A stretch of 64,000 bases of DNA, from contig OZ024741.1 in NCBI GenBank assembly GCA_964016885.1, positions 325,004,001 through 325,068,000 on the forward strand, read 5' to 3'. Position 1 is the stretch's first letter. Every line of letters starts with the position of its first letter. The notes under the pieces were generated by a model, which was not told where the DNA came from, did no database searches, and was given only the letters and a program-made list of their open reading frames with translations. Made by a program: the position numbers and the translations under genes. This document shows, in pieces, positions 40,103 to 53,325 of the stretch. This DNA is from Eledone cirrhosa. Taxonomy: Eukaryota.

Positions 40103-40329
40103 CTTACTATCTCTCTCTCTTTACGTAACTCTATTACATCCTCCCCATGCCTCTCTTTCTTTCTCTATTTACTCCTCTCTCAATGTCTCCCTCCCTGTTT
40201 CTCTCTATTTACTCATCTGCCAGTGTCTTTCTTTATTCACTCCTCTCTTATTGTCTCCCACTCTGTCTCTGACTACTTACTCCTCCTCTCTCAATGACTC
40301 TTTCCCTGTCTCTCTCTCTATTTACCTAC

Positions 40330-40384
40330 CAGTCATGGACTTGTTGCCGTCATTTGATTGGTCGTTTCATCACATGTAACAACC
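40330..40384 (+). promoter_or_regulatory. Putative SUCLG1 proximal promoter / 5' UTR
   Basis: An inverted CCAAT box (GATTGG at about 40356-40361) and an E-box-like TCACATG lie just upstream of the ATG. No TATA box is visible. Confidence 0.35.
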
Positions 40385-40418
40385 ATGGCTGTGTGCAGGT
40401 CTATCGCTAGACTTCTCG
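40385..40418 (+). CDS. SUCLG1: SUCLG1 coding exon 1 (start of mitochondrial transit peptide)
   Basis: The start context is aaccATGG. It reads MAVCRSIARLL+G followed by the donor gtatgt. The phase-1 end matches the phase-1 start of the next exon (G+TT=Val), and the peptide is Arg/Ser-rich with no acidic residues. Confidence 0.8.
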
Positions 40419-40996
40419 GTATGTAACAAACAAATTTACAACGATTCCAATAATTTTCTAATTCAATTTCGGCTTCACTAATAACTCCATTAATCGCTTT
40501 TCACATTTTCAGTTATTCCATTGTTGTGTTGTTATTTAAACTAGTGCTCTGATTATATATTGTCCAAGCCAGTGCTTGCTGCTATAATCTCGTTGTTTTG
40601 CCACCTAATATGTCATCGAAGCGCACCACAGTCGATTAAGACATTATATATATATATATATATATATATCTATATATATATATAATGTGTGTTTGTGTGT
40701 GTGTAAGCAGTAGTTTATTCAACGTATTCGAATTTATACGGAGCCATCAAGAGAGTGAGATCCTTTTGTAGTCCCCGGACATATTAAGAAATCGCAACCA
40801 GGTCTCCATAAAATCATATATTGACGTATTTAAGAGGGAAGGAGGGCACATTGGTTAGTGTGAGTTCTAGATATACTACTGTTTTAAACAAAAAATTCGG
40901 GTGATCACGGCTGACCATACCTTTGACCATAAGTCTGTCTGTTCGATAAGGACTGACAACACGACCACAGATTTGAGAGGGCAATAGCGTATTTTC

Positions 40997-41052
<56 letters not shown>

Positions 41053-41803
41053 GTGTGTGTGTGTATATGTATATATAATATATATACGTGTGTGTTTATT
41101 TTAATGAACTTCGGAAAGGTTGAATTAGAAGTAAACTTGGACAAGATTTTAACTCGAGACTTAGAAACACGAACAGAATAGTTTTTGACGTATTTACTAC
41201 TTAATTCTGTCTCACCACTCTTTTATATAATTATTAATTTTTGTTCTTGTTAACAAGAGGTAATTTATCGTAAACTTGGCACATTCAGATGAGCGAAATT
41301 TATATCTAATTGATTGTGTGTGTATATAATACACCTTACCCTTTATTGACATATATATGAGAGAAACAACTGGGGAAACTCGAGAACTAAGTAGTTACAC
41401 AATAATTTTCATTATTATATATGTTTTCTCGTCCTAATTCTACAAATTTCCATAGAATGAAAACAAAAACAGAAAGAAAAAAAACGAATACAGATATATT
41501 TCTATTCACACTATTTTTTTTTTATTTATTTTTTTTACAGAAACAAATTCTATATTTTATATCACACAAAACTTCATCTTATGTTGTACACTTAATACAA
41601 AAGATCAATTTATATTTCAAGAATTGTTTATATAAAGTTTGTTAATATAAGTAACCTCTCCGTCCACGTAATTATTACCAATCATTTTTAGTTGGCTCCG
41701 TGTCAATTTAACCCCCATATTCTACACGTTTGCCCTTGACCCTTCAGTTCTGGTGGTTATCCTTGTTTCCTCCCACTCAAATGTTTTTAGCACTTAACCG
41801 AAC

Positions 41804-41846
<43 letters not shown>

Positions 41847-42903
41847 AATACATGTATAAACCCTGTGGTCGACTGTAGGGTTTACATGAATTAAATAATA
41901 TCTAAACTTTCTTTAACGTGTAGGTTGGTAATGTTGAATGATTGTCTTACCAGCCTTTAATTACATCTTATATTATATATATATATATATATACACACTC
42001 ACTCACTCACTCTCTCTCTCTCCGGTCAGCTGTTTGTTGGACACTTTTATTTCTGCTTATGACTAATTATTTATTCTTCTGAATTCAAATTTATATACAC
42101 ACACGAGCCGACGAAGGGACTCTAACCCTAACGTGTGTGTGTGTATATATATATATATAAATGAAAGTATAGAAATTATTGTGAGCATGAAGCCAACAGT
42201 ATTTCATAATATATATATATGCAATGAATCGTGCGATATAGCTTCATTTACTTCTTCAAAACCAGATGTATTGTCAATGATACTCGTTCGTCCTTCCGTT
42301 GGTAAAGGATGAGGATTGATAAAATAAATACCAATAAAGTGAACAATGGATTAAAAATTAATATATTCCTCCTCATCAAGTTACGAAGTTAGAAATCCTT
42401 AATACTATTTATTTCACGTTCTGAATCCCAAATTCCAACGATTTGGACTTCTCCAAATGTGTGTGGGCAGGAGCAGGTGAAATAACTACGAATTAACCGA
42501 TTACTAGAGTTCAGTATTATCGATTAACCCTCTTCCCCTGTGAATGTCTGGCTTTGTACATCATGCGTTAATAATTGTTTCTACTATTTGCACAAGGCCA
42601 GAAATTACCCAGTACATTACTGGTACTTTATAATAATAGCCATTATTATTAATCATTAATTAATTGGAGTATCTTCTGTATTCAGATGACCTTGCCTTTC
42701 GAAACCGCATTGTCCTTTATTTATTTTTTTCTTCTCTGTAAAACTCAGGGTGTCATTGAACAATATAATATGTGTGCCTGTGTGTGTGTATGTATGTATG
42801 TGTGTGTGTATATGTAAATATACACACACACACACACGTGCATGCGTATCTGTATATTATATAGATATTAATATGTATATATACATATATATTCTTCTGC
42901 ATG

Positions 42904-43205
42904 TACTCTCGGGTCTCGAATAATCGTCACACCGCTTATTAATTTTTCAGGTTTTTTCCACACACCCCCTGCTCTTATTCCAGCCCCCGCTTATTAAATG
43001 CTGCTAATCTATCTCATGTCATTATACAAGACAAAAAAAGTACACTACTAGAAATCCTATACATTATAAAATAAATAGTATGGGTTGGGGTCTCAATATG
43101 TAAATTAAACGACTAATTCTGTTTTTCAAAATAAAAACTACGGAGACAACCTAGAAACATTACCGATCACCCTCCTCCCACTATTATTTGGACCCCGAGT
43201 GAATA
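42904..43205. mobile_element. Tc1/mariner-type MITE
   Basis: Imperfect TIRs tactctcgggtctcgaataat and attatttggaccccgagtgaata, with TA ends. Confidence 0.55.
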
Positions 43206-43264
43206 TGAATAATGTTCGATTGCACTGTTAAGTGTAAGAAATAGTTTGTATGCATGTGTTTTAT

Positions 43265-43316
<52 letters not shown>

Positions 43317-43421
43317 CATACACGCGCATTTATCGTTTCCCCCCTTCCTCACCGTTGCCTCGTCCTAGTTGTCGACCGCACTTTGACCGACATTTTCTTG
43401 TTGTTTACCCCATGTATTCTC

Positions 43422-43472
<51 letters not shown>

Positions 43473-46400
43473 ATATATATATATACACACACACATACAC
43501 AGTTGATTGAATCAAATTCAGCATATGTGTATATATATATATCATTAGTTAGTGTCGAGCCTTAAATCGTGAGTTCGATTCCCGGTGTTGCTTGTGGCTT
43601 TATTTCACGTTGTTCCAATCCCCTCAGCTGAAGAAAATGGGTTGTACCTGTAATTTAAAAGGCTAGCCTTGTCTCCCACTGAATCTCCCTGACAATTACA
43701 TGTGTCTTAGTCATTTGCACGTTAATTTCTCGAGCATACTGTGCCTTTCATCAAACAACTGGAATAATCGTCGAATGCATAGACGGAGGTCCAGCAACGC
43801 TAATCCTAGGCCACTCACCGTATTCACTTACCGAGTGGAACTCGTCAATGTTTCCATTTGTCTTTCCAGTGCCAATACTATCTACCGGTCACAACCCTAT
43901 AGCCAAATATATCCAACGTCTTGATCATACAATTTTTCGTATGTCGATATGTAAATGACTGCAGTGTCCAATGTCTCCATATTTTTAAGACGGTAGGGTA
44001 TGATTTGAAGGAAACATGGCTGCTATTTCTTGCAGGTCTAACGACCGCGTATAGCTGTGAGTTATTAGTTTTGTCAACTGAAAATGTGTGATTTCACATG
44101 CGATCATTTGCCACATCTATGTCTTGTTTTCTGTGTTTTGGTACATCACACTACTTGCGTTGCTTAGCAAACTACATAGTTATTAACCCGTTTGATACCA
44201 AACCACCTGAAACTGCCGCTGATTCTGATACAAAACTTTTTATTTTAAAGTGTTTGTTATATCTAAAAACCTTCCATCCAAATTTTATTTAAGAACCTTT
44301 AAGTTATATTTCAAACAATAGCTTAATGATGGTTTCTGATTTAGGCACAAGGCTAACAATTTTGGTGCAGGGAAAAGTCGTTTAAGTCGACCCAGTGCTT
44401 TACTGACACTTTATTTTATCGACCTCGGGTCGGGAGGATGGTATGTAATAATAATGATAGGTCGGTGAATCGGTAGAGCGCTGTACAGAATTGGTTACTT
44501 AACTAGTCAAATACATGGGTTGATTAAATCGATTATATTCTCTCTTACTCTCTCTCGCTTTCTCTCTCTCTCTCTCTGTCTGTCTCTCTCTCTCTCTTCC
44601 CACACACATAATGTGTGACCTTGAGTGGTGACTACTGAAGGTCCCATGCGAATTTTCTACTCACTTCATTCGTATCGATAATGCCCTTGAGAAGATAATT
44701 GTTTCTATTTTAGGCACAAGGCCAGCAATTACCCAGTGCATTAATAAATCGGAATTTTAAAAACTGACTTGTCCTCCTTCCCTGCCTCATCTCATGCATA
44801 CAAGAAGGTTAGGGTTATAAAATACCTAGCGATCATATACATTAAAATCCCCATTTGTCTCCCCCCCCCTCTCCCCCCGTACATATTTGTGACCTTGTGT
44901 CGGTGATCTTTCGAAAGTGGTACACAGAATGTAAACAATGAATTCGACATTTTCCGTATACATAAGATCTCTCTTTCTCTCTCTGAATGTATGTATAATT
45001 AGAAAAAAAAGTTGGCGGAAAAACGGACGAAACAGAGGACAGTCTCTTCTCACAGGTCGACCTCAGATGTGTGTGATCTTTCGTATACAGAAAATATCGA
45101 TTTCATTATTTACATTCCGTCTACCATTAACGAAAGATCGCCCTTGTGTGACCGGGTAAAATCCTTATATAGCACTTGTTAACCTGTATATTATTTTAAT
45201 ATTTCTTTTGGCTATTTTGGACGGGTTAGCTTTCTTGAATTTCACCGCTCCCGGATGCGGTCGGTCATGGTGGGATACTGCTGTAGTAATCGATCTGTAC
45301 TTATTCTAACCTCTATTTATCCAGCCGTTAAGTATTACCGATGTCAAAGTAAAGGAGCACGAGGCGGTTATAAATAATATAAACGTATATCTCTATTTAT
45401 AGGTATGTAACCCCAGCATGGCCGCGGTCTACGATATATATAGTAGTAGTAGGCTGTGCGTGTATTCATTTAAAGCCGGATCTTCCTCTTGTTGCATTGG
45501 GTTGGCAGTAATCGGTAGAGCGTCGGACACTCTTTGCGGCATATATGTGGTTTCAGCCCTTTATGTTCTGTTCAAATCCCGACGAGGTTAGCTTTGCCTT
45601 TCATCCTTACAGGATCAATAAAATAAAGTACCAGTAACACACAGGTCGTTTCACTCGTCTTTCCCTTTCCCTTCAAATATCTGGTCTTGAGCCAAAAGTA
45701 GAAACAATTATTATTTTTTTTTTTTACAATGAGGCAATGAAGAGGGCTTATGCACCAATGTGCGACTATAAAAGAAAATGTTTTATTTATTAAGAGGGTT
45801 TTATTCTGCTTTCATGAAATTGTTTTCATTATGTCGCTGAATGCATGGTTATCATCTTTGATTTGTCTACACCTTGTCCAGAAACTACTATATTTTTTAT
45901 ATGCAATTAATATCTCCTGTCGGCGGACATTGATCTGAAATACAACTGTTGTTTAGTCCCGGGTATTCTAACCAGTCGATCTTTAGCAAGCGGAAGGTAG
46001 AATGTAAACAATAGTATATTATATTGAGGGCTCCTTCTTTAGTGATTACAACCCCACATTTAGACAAATATATATATTTGTGTGTGTGTCTCAAACTAAA
46101 AAAACTGAGTTTGTGCTAGTACGCCGAAATTTCCCACTTGCTCGATGATTTCACGAGAATTGCATTTCTGAAGTGCCCGCCCGTGATTCAGAACGCACAC
46201 ATTTACTTATTAGTGGTAAGTTCGGGACTATGTGCGAGTGTTAAACAATTCAGACCGGACCAAACGTAAACCATTGGTTACTTGGTGTTAGTTAATCCGT
46301 TGACGATGTATAAACAGGATTGAGCTCTCGACGTTACTTCCCATTATATATATATATATATAATTGTTTCTACTTTAGGCACAAGGCCAGCAATAACCCA

Positions 46401-47544
46401 GTACATTACTGGTACTTTATTTTATCGACCCCGTAAGGATGAAAGGCAAAGTTGACCTCAGCGAGATTTGAACTCAGAATAGAAAGGGCCGTAACTCTAT
46501 GCGTCAAATCCGACCCTCTACCGATACTGCCAATCCACCGAATGTCTGTGTGTGTGAGAGAGACGTGGAATGGGGCGCACCTTTAGTATACGGAGAATGC
46601 CAGGAAATGTTGATTTCATTGTTTACATTCCGTCTATCAGTTACAAAAGATCGTCAAATTTCACTCTCCTGTGTGATGTGATTTGAGGGAGATTTGGCTG
46701 CTATTTTTGGGGTATCGAGCGATTACATAAAGGCTCCTTCGTTTACTTGTAGAGCTGTTTATTCTAATCACAATGAAGTTATTGATACAGCCTCGATATT
46801 TGTTTAATCAGTCAGCCTTCCCCTGTAAATGTTATCTGTTAAAAGATTTTATCTATTCGTGTTACTTGTGGTATTTGCAAAGTGGTTTAACGAGCGAATA
46901 ATTTACTGCTGGGTAGTAGATAGATGAAATTAAAATAAATATAATAAAATACATATAACACAGAAAACTCATAGATACTAGTGGTCGTATATGTGAATAA
47001 AAATTTTAATTGAAGTTTGTATGCTATTAGGAAGAGAACTTCCGATATCTCATAGAGCGCGAAAAGGTTTGTTTTTGGGGGTTTTTTCATTTCTACGCCT
47101 TTTAAAATCCATGAGAAGGTGGATAGGTAGCCTGCCACCATCGTTCAGCTCTGCTGATAATTTAGGTTATTAAAGGTAGTCAGTCAATCAACTTCTTTTT
47201 TTTCTCCTAACTGTCACCGGCCGGCCTTTATTATTGGCAGTATCTGCAGAGGGTCGGACGCCATGCTTTGACGCATAGTTACGGCCTTTGCCTTTCATCC
47301 TTACGGGGTCGATAAAATAAAGGACCAGTAATGTACTGGGTAATTGCTGGCCTTATGCCAATAGTAGAAACAATTATTATCATTGAGAGCATAATACCAC
47401 AATCTAGTACTTCATACAGGCGGGCAACTCAGAGATTTATATTTTAAAAGATAACTAGCTTAATGAAGATTTGGCTGTTAACATTTAAAGCCTGAGCAGC
47501 TACATAGTGATAACCCATTGTTTTCACCAGTTGGAGGACATATA

Positions 47545-47918
47545 TACCGTGTTTTCCCTAATAAGACCTACCTCGAGATAAGCTCTTGAATAATCTTTAT
47601 GTTGCTGTCCAATATGTCTCACCTTGAAAATAAACCCTAGCGCATTTTTGCGAGAAAAATTGATATAAAAAAAAATTTTAAACGCAAATTTCCAGAGTCT
47701 TGCTGATTACTAATATAAACTATTTCAATGATATTGTTTTTAAGTATATAATATAATTTGACATCAGTATAATGATACTTTCATCAAAACTCTTGTGCTG
47801 TTATTTTTTTGTATAAAAATAAATCCCAAACCCGAAAATAAGCCCTTGTGTCCCACCCCCCTTTTTTTTTAAAGGAAAAATAATACAAGACCTGTCATTT
47901 AATAGGGAAAACACGGTT
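47545..47918. mobile_element. pogo/Tigger-like MITE
   Basis: TIRs taccgtgttttcccta and tagggaaaacacggt, with internal aaataagccct-type repeats. Confidence 0.7.
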
Positions 47919-48174
47919 AGTGGTGGGTGATTTTTGTGTTGTCACCAGTTTAAAGAGAAGCATTGACAGACGAGAGGTTGACGAAGATTTTGATAGTCTC
48001 TTAGCAAAATTAAACATTCTTATGGTAACTTATACAGCTATACCAATTCTAAAAACAACTGTAATTGCAGTTATTTTCTGTGCCTAAACATCCTACATCT
48101 AAAAATATATTTCTTCATCATTTTGTAAGTTCGAATGTTAAAGCTTCACACGATGTTTATATATATATATATAT

Positions 48175-48886
48175 AAATTTTGAGTATATGTTGGTTGTTT
48201 ACCGACATGCAGATTGGAGCACTCGACGAAGTATGCAGGTTGGTTTGGTTACTCTGGAATAATGTAAAATAATTAAGTCAAATATTTAAAATTTGACTTC
48301 GTTTATTAAAGATGTACTGCTCTATATATTTCGGTGACAGCCATCATTGGCTGTGACCTCTTCAGGCAGTCCGAATTGGTGCGGTAGAGACAGGTACACA
48401 TGTTGTTGTTGAAGTGTTTTACTCCGTCAATACTCCGATATGTCCAGCTCCTGGTTAGGTTATTTCTCTGAGGAACTGGAATCATATGAATTCGAATAAA
48501 CGAATTTCGGCGTCATTGGACACTCTCTCCTCCCATTGGTCAGTTGTGAGAACATTCCTCAGTCAAAAGTCTATAGAAATTTTTCTGAGGCAAGACAATC
48601 TGTTGTGGTTGTTTTTGTTAAGTACAGCTGACCTCCTCCATTGTGTTGGTAGTGATGTTAAGGGGGTCAGCTTTGGTTTGCTGCTGCTGTGTTCAGAAGA
48701 ATTTGTGTGTGGGGGTTGGCATCTATACGGAGTAAAACACTTCAACAACATGTGTACCTGTCTCTACCACACCAATTCGGACTGCCTGGAGAGGTCACAG
48801 CCAATGATGGCTGTCACCGAAATATATATAGCAGTACATCTTTAATAAACGAAGCCAAATTTTAAATATTTGACTTAATTATTTTA
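48175..48886. mobile_element. Intronic copy of the hammerhead inverted-repeat element (arms 48265-48427 and 48727-48886)
   Basis: Homologous to 3405-4382. Hammerhead folds lie at 48316-48370 (-) and 48781-48835 (+), and the element is flanked by (TA)n. Confidence 0.75.
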
Positions 48887-49947
48887 TATATATATATATG
48901 AGAGAGAGAGATTTTATCTTATTTGTAAATAGTTGTAAGACCAATCGTCCTATCTTGTGTCCATTTGTTACTGTCCCCTATGTGCACTGCCGCTATTAGT
49001 TAAAAAATAAAGCACTGAAGCTGAAACCATGAAGACCTCCAGTGATCGACTAATGAGAAGGGACTATCCTGCATTTCAACCATTTTCCATTATCTTCTCC
49101 CAGCTTTTTTTTTTTTTTTTTTTTAAATTCATTTCATATGATTTTAGCCACACAGAACACTTTTTCAAATTTATATATATATACAGTGTGTGTGTGTGTG
49201 CGCATAACTATTTATTTCATGCTTATTCACAACCACTTCTATAGTGCCGTATCCTATTTATTTTGGTAGCCATAATTTCATCATCTAAATGCAATTTGCC
49301 TAGGTTTCCATAAACCATTTGAGGAATGGTTATATATTTACATATGTATTTATCTATGTTTCTATCTATTAATTCATTTATCGTCCCCCCCCCTCTCTCT
49401 CTCTTTCTCTTTCTCTCTCTCTCTCTCTCTTTCTCACTCTCTCTCTCTCTCTCTGCTACATGTTGCCAATTTAGCAGCCACTTAAAATAATTGTTTCTAC
49501 TTTTGGCACAAGGCCGGCATTTTGAGTAGTACATTAATGGTACTTTATTTTATCGACCCCGTAAGGATGAAAGGCAAGGTTAACCTCGGCGGGATTTGAA
49601 CTCAGACTATAAAGGGCTGTAACTCTTAGCTGCAAAGCTTGGTGCCAGACTCTCTACTGATACTGATGATGAGGAAATTGATTTCAACTGTATATGATAC
49701 CTCGTCATCATTTAACTTCCATTTTCCATGCTAGCATGGGTTAGACGGGTTGTCGGGTTAGGTGAACCCAAGAACTTATTGATGCATGAACTAAAAACTG
49801 TAAAACATTTATTCAAACACCCTGCGAAGCAGCTGTATGTTATCCCACTTTCAAGTAATCTGTGGTATATATGTGGAAAGTAGGGCAATAGAGCAAATCC
49901 AGGTAGTCAGTGATATACATATATGTATGTATATATATATATATATA

Positions 49948-50500
49948 TGGATGGCCATTGACTCTTAAGAGCTCCTTTTCCCTTCGACAGGTTTTGTTTT
50001 TAGTCCTGCAGGATGTCCAAAGTCACCCTCCTCACCAAGAAACCTTGGTGGGGTTGCCAGTTTAGTCGCCAACGTCCCGACCATGAGACAGGTTGTACTG
50101 GGATAGATGACCCCTTAGCCTTTGTCAAGGCAGAATTCTAGGAGAAGGAAAACTCTGATATCACACCTGCAACCCTGATGATATCCAATGATGTTGACTT
50201 GTTCTTCTTTTTGGTAAATATCATCTTGGTTAAGAGAGTGGGACTGGCTTTGTGCAGTGCCTTTGCTCACTATAAAAGCTTCACGGCACAGGCATTGCTT
50301 TATATCTGGAGATCTCTCTGCACTTGTCGTCACATGGTACCAAAGGCCCAGCACTGTGTCAATAATTGTCACAAGTTTGTGCCAGAGTTTTCAAGTCGCT
50401 GGCTGGACTAAAAAGTCACTCGTTCAGCCCATCGGTAGGGGTTCTCCTACATGGATATAAAGTAGTGGCCGTACTCGAAAACGAGTTGGCAGCCACCATA
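49948..50500 (+). mobile_element. Second copy of the 22.3-23.2 kb element with an inverted 5' segment
   Basis: 49948-50108 is co-linear with 22989-23146, while 50100-50500 is the reverse complement of 22560-22980. (TA)n lies on both sides. Confidence 0.75.
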
Positions 50501-53059
50501 TATATATATATATACTGCTTTCATTTTGAAGTATATATACTGCTTTCATTTTAAAACACACTCACATATACATGGATATATACACACACACATTCCTATA
50601 TAGATATACAAGCTGAGGAACCCAGCTTTACTCGGGAGAACAGTTAAGAGAAGACGGATAAAAAAAGAAAACGACTGTATTGAATGTGTTGTCTGGTTTA
50701 CAGTATGAGGTGAGACCATAATGTGTGTGTGTGAAAGAGACAAACACATGAAGTGTATTAGTTTCATGCTTGGAGGAAGCAGTTACATAGTCAATATATT
50801 GGGCATTTGCCCTTCGTTATATATGTATAGGAATATGTATACTATGATATATATGTATGCTATGTTTGTATATGTGTGTGTATGTCAATTGAATTAATTG
50901 TTCCAAGTACAACCAGAAAACACAACACAATACAATAATGATCATCATCCCATCTTCGTTTAACGTCCACTTTCCACGCTAGCATGGGTTAGACGGGAGT
51001 TGTCCCACTTGAGGAAAGGTTTGGTCGGGTGGCCGTGTCTCGCTCATATAGGACTATCTGGCAGGTTTTCTACGGCTGGATGCCCTTCCTAACACCAACC
51101 ACATTTACAGTGTGGAACTGGGAACTTTTTACCGTGTTACCTACACGACAACATTACAGCGTGGACTGTGTTTTTTTTCTCGTGACACCTACACGATCGC
51201 AATCTCATTTATCTCATTTATTTGGACTGGATGTTGTGGTACTAACTTTATAGAGAGGGTGGTGTTGGTGGGAGTGGGGGGATAGGGTAGGGGTAGTGGA
51301 TATATTAGTATAATATTTATAAGGGCGGTCGATTGGCAGTATCGGTAGATGGTCGGAGGCCATGCTTTGACGCATAGTTACCGCCCTTGCCATTCTGAGT
51401 TCAAATCCTGCCGAGGTTAACTTTGCCTTTCATCCTTACGGGTCGATAAAATAAAGTACCAGTAATACACTGGGATAATTGCTGGCCTTGTGCCAAAGGT
51501 AGAAACAATAATATTTATAAGAAGTTGGAAGTCTTAACATTTTGGAAGATAAATACGGACAGAAGAGAGGATGTTTCGGAGAGAAAACGGAGGATAACAT
51601 GTGTAGTTGTTAGTTAGACATCTTTTGAAACTGTTGAGGATATATATGTCAAGGCTGAGGAGAAATGAGGCAAGAAGGCTTTGATGGTGCTGCGATGTTA
51701 ATGTACATGAATAGCAAAACAGGGATGAACTGAGAGAAAAACTGGGTATAAGAGGAATCACTGGGTGAAATGACAAGAAATCCCAAGTGGTAGAAAACTG
51801 AAGTAAAGGAAGACCAGGGCAAAGATAAGAGGTGATTGCAAATCACTGAAGCTCACAGATATGATGATTAAGGAACACAAGTGGACAATCTTGGACTTGC
51901 CTATAAGTTATAGCTTAGTCACACACTGTTTGGGCCCTCAATTTTTGAAAGATATTTTTTTATTTTATCATTAATTTTTATTCAACACTAAATCATCAAA
52001 AACTATATATATATATATAGTTCAAGGAAATGACAAAACAGAGCTACAAAAACTCTTATTAGTTTCACGCTTTATATGGAAAAGCAGAAAGTCCGGCCCT
52101 TGTACTGGAGAAGACCCATGCAAGGCTGGGAAAATGGAAGTAAAATAATGATGATATATCATTTTCTCAAGATGACTGACAAGTATCTACATGAATTTTC
52201 TTCTCTCTCTCTTCTCTTATTCTCTGTTGTTCCATTTCCCATTTATATATAATCATTTTAGTCATTTTTCCATGTTTCCTTTTGGACTCATGACAGTTAT
52301 TGCTGACAATGCCTTCTGAAACAGACAGTCATTACTTCTTTTTATTTTATCTACTTATGATAGCTTCAGTTCTGATAATAGAACAATAAGTAGAAATAGT
52401 GATTTCTAATATAGAAACAAGGTCACATATTTTGTTTTCAGTCTGGAGATGATGTTGTTGATTAAATCTTAATGGACCTCCATGAATTTCGACTACATGT
52501 TTTTCAGTTGTTCAATCAATAGTATGGCCTGTTTGGAAAATTTAACATGTAAGTGGTTGATCAGTTCACAGACATGTATACCATTAACATAATTCTCAAG
52601 AAGGTTGAGTGTGACGCAGTGTGGTATAACAAGGCTGGCCTTTTGAATTACAGGTGCAGTTAATCTTGTATTACATTGTAAGTGACAGCATTCCAGAAAC
52701 ATGTGTACCATTAATGTAATTCTCAAGAAGGTTGTGTGACAAGGCTGGCCCTTTGAATTGCATATTATACATATACACACACATTCAGGCCTTCTTCAGT
52801 TATGACTGACTGGGATTTATATCGATAAAGTTATTCTTCAAAATGCATGTTTGGGCAAGGTGTTATGTGGAAGACTAAAAGTCACCTCTGCATGCTAGGC
52901 TCCCTTCTCCAATGCACCAATGTTGTCCAAGAGAGAAGCAAAGGCTGATACAGCTTTGCAACAATTTTCCAGTTGATTCTACATGAAATAAAATGTCTTG
53001 CTCAAAGACAATGCATCACCTGGTCCATGAAAGCTCACTCTTTTGGTTATTCTTTACGT

Positions 53060-53325
53060 TTTAGCTTCGTCTTTGCCCACCTATTCCTGGGAGGGTCGTG
53101 GGGGCAGATACTCAAGCATGCCTTACAGCGAGTTCTGTCAGAACCAACTCTCCAGTTAATCTGGCTGGCACCCCAAGCAAGACCAGCCAAGTTCGTAAAT
53201 GTTATCCAACCATCTTGTTCTGGGTCTCCTGCCAGTTAATTTTACCCATAAAATCTGTCCAGCGATTCTTTCCTGAGACATTCTGGCTCCATGCTCGTAG
53301 TTTCGGAAATGTGATTTCTCAGTTA
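53060..53325 (-). mobile_element. RTE LINE 3' fragment
   Basis: Homologous to 37005-37265 (GRRPRTRWLDNIYELGWS). Confidence 0.7.

Noticed and set aside
42105-42140. ccgacgaaggg-actctaa-ccctaacg hammerhead remnant (similar weak cases at about 13305-13360 and 17920-17958)
   Set aside because: The core is too decayed (GAAA or CUGA lost) to support a call.
46100-46221. CpG-rich stretch ending in a strong donor-like tg|gtaagt, considered as SUCLG1 exon 1
   Set aside because: There is no in-frame ATG in the phase needed to join exon 2, and 40385-40418 fits much better.
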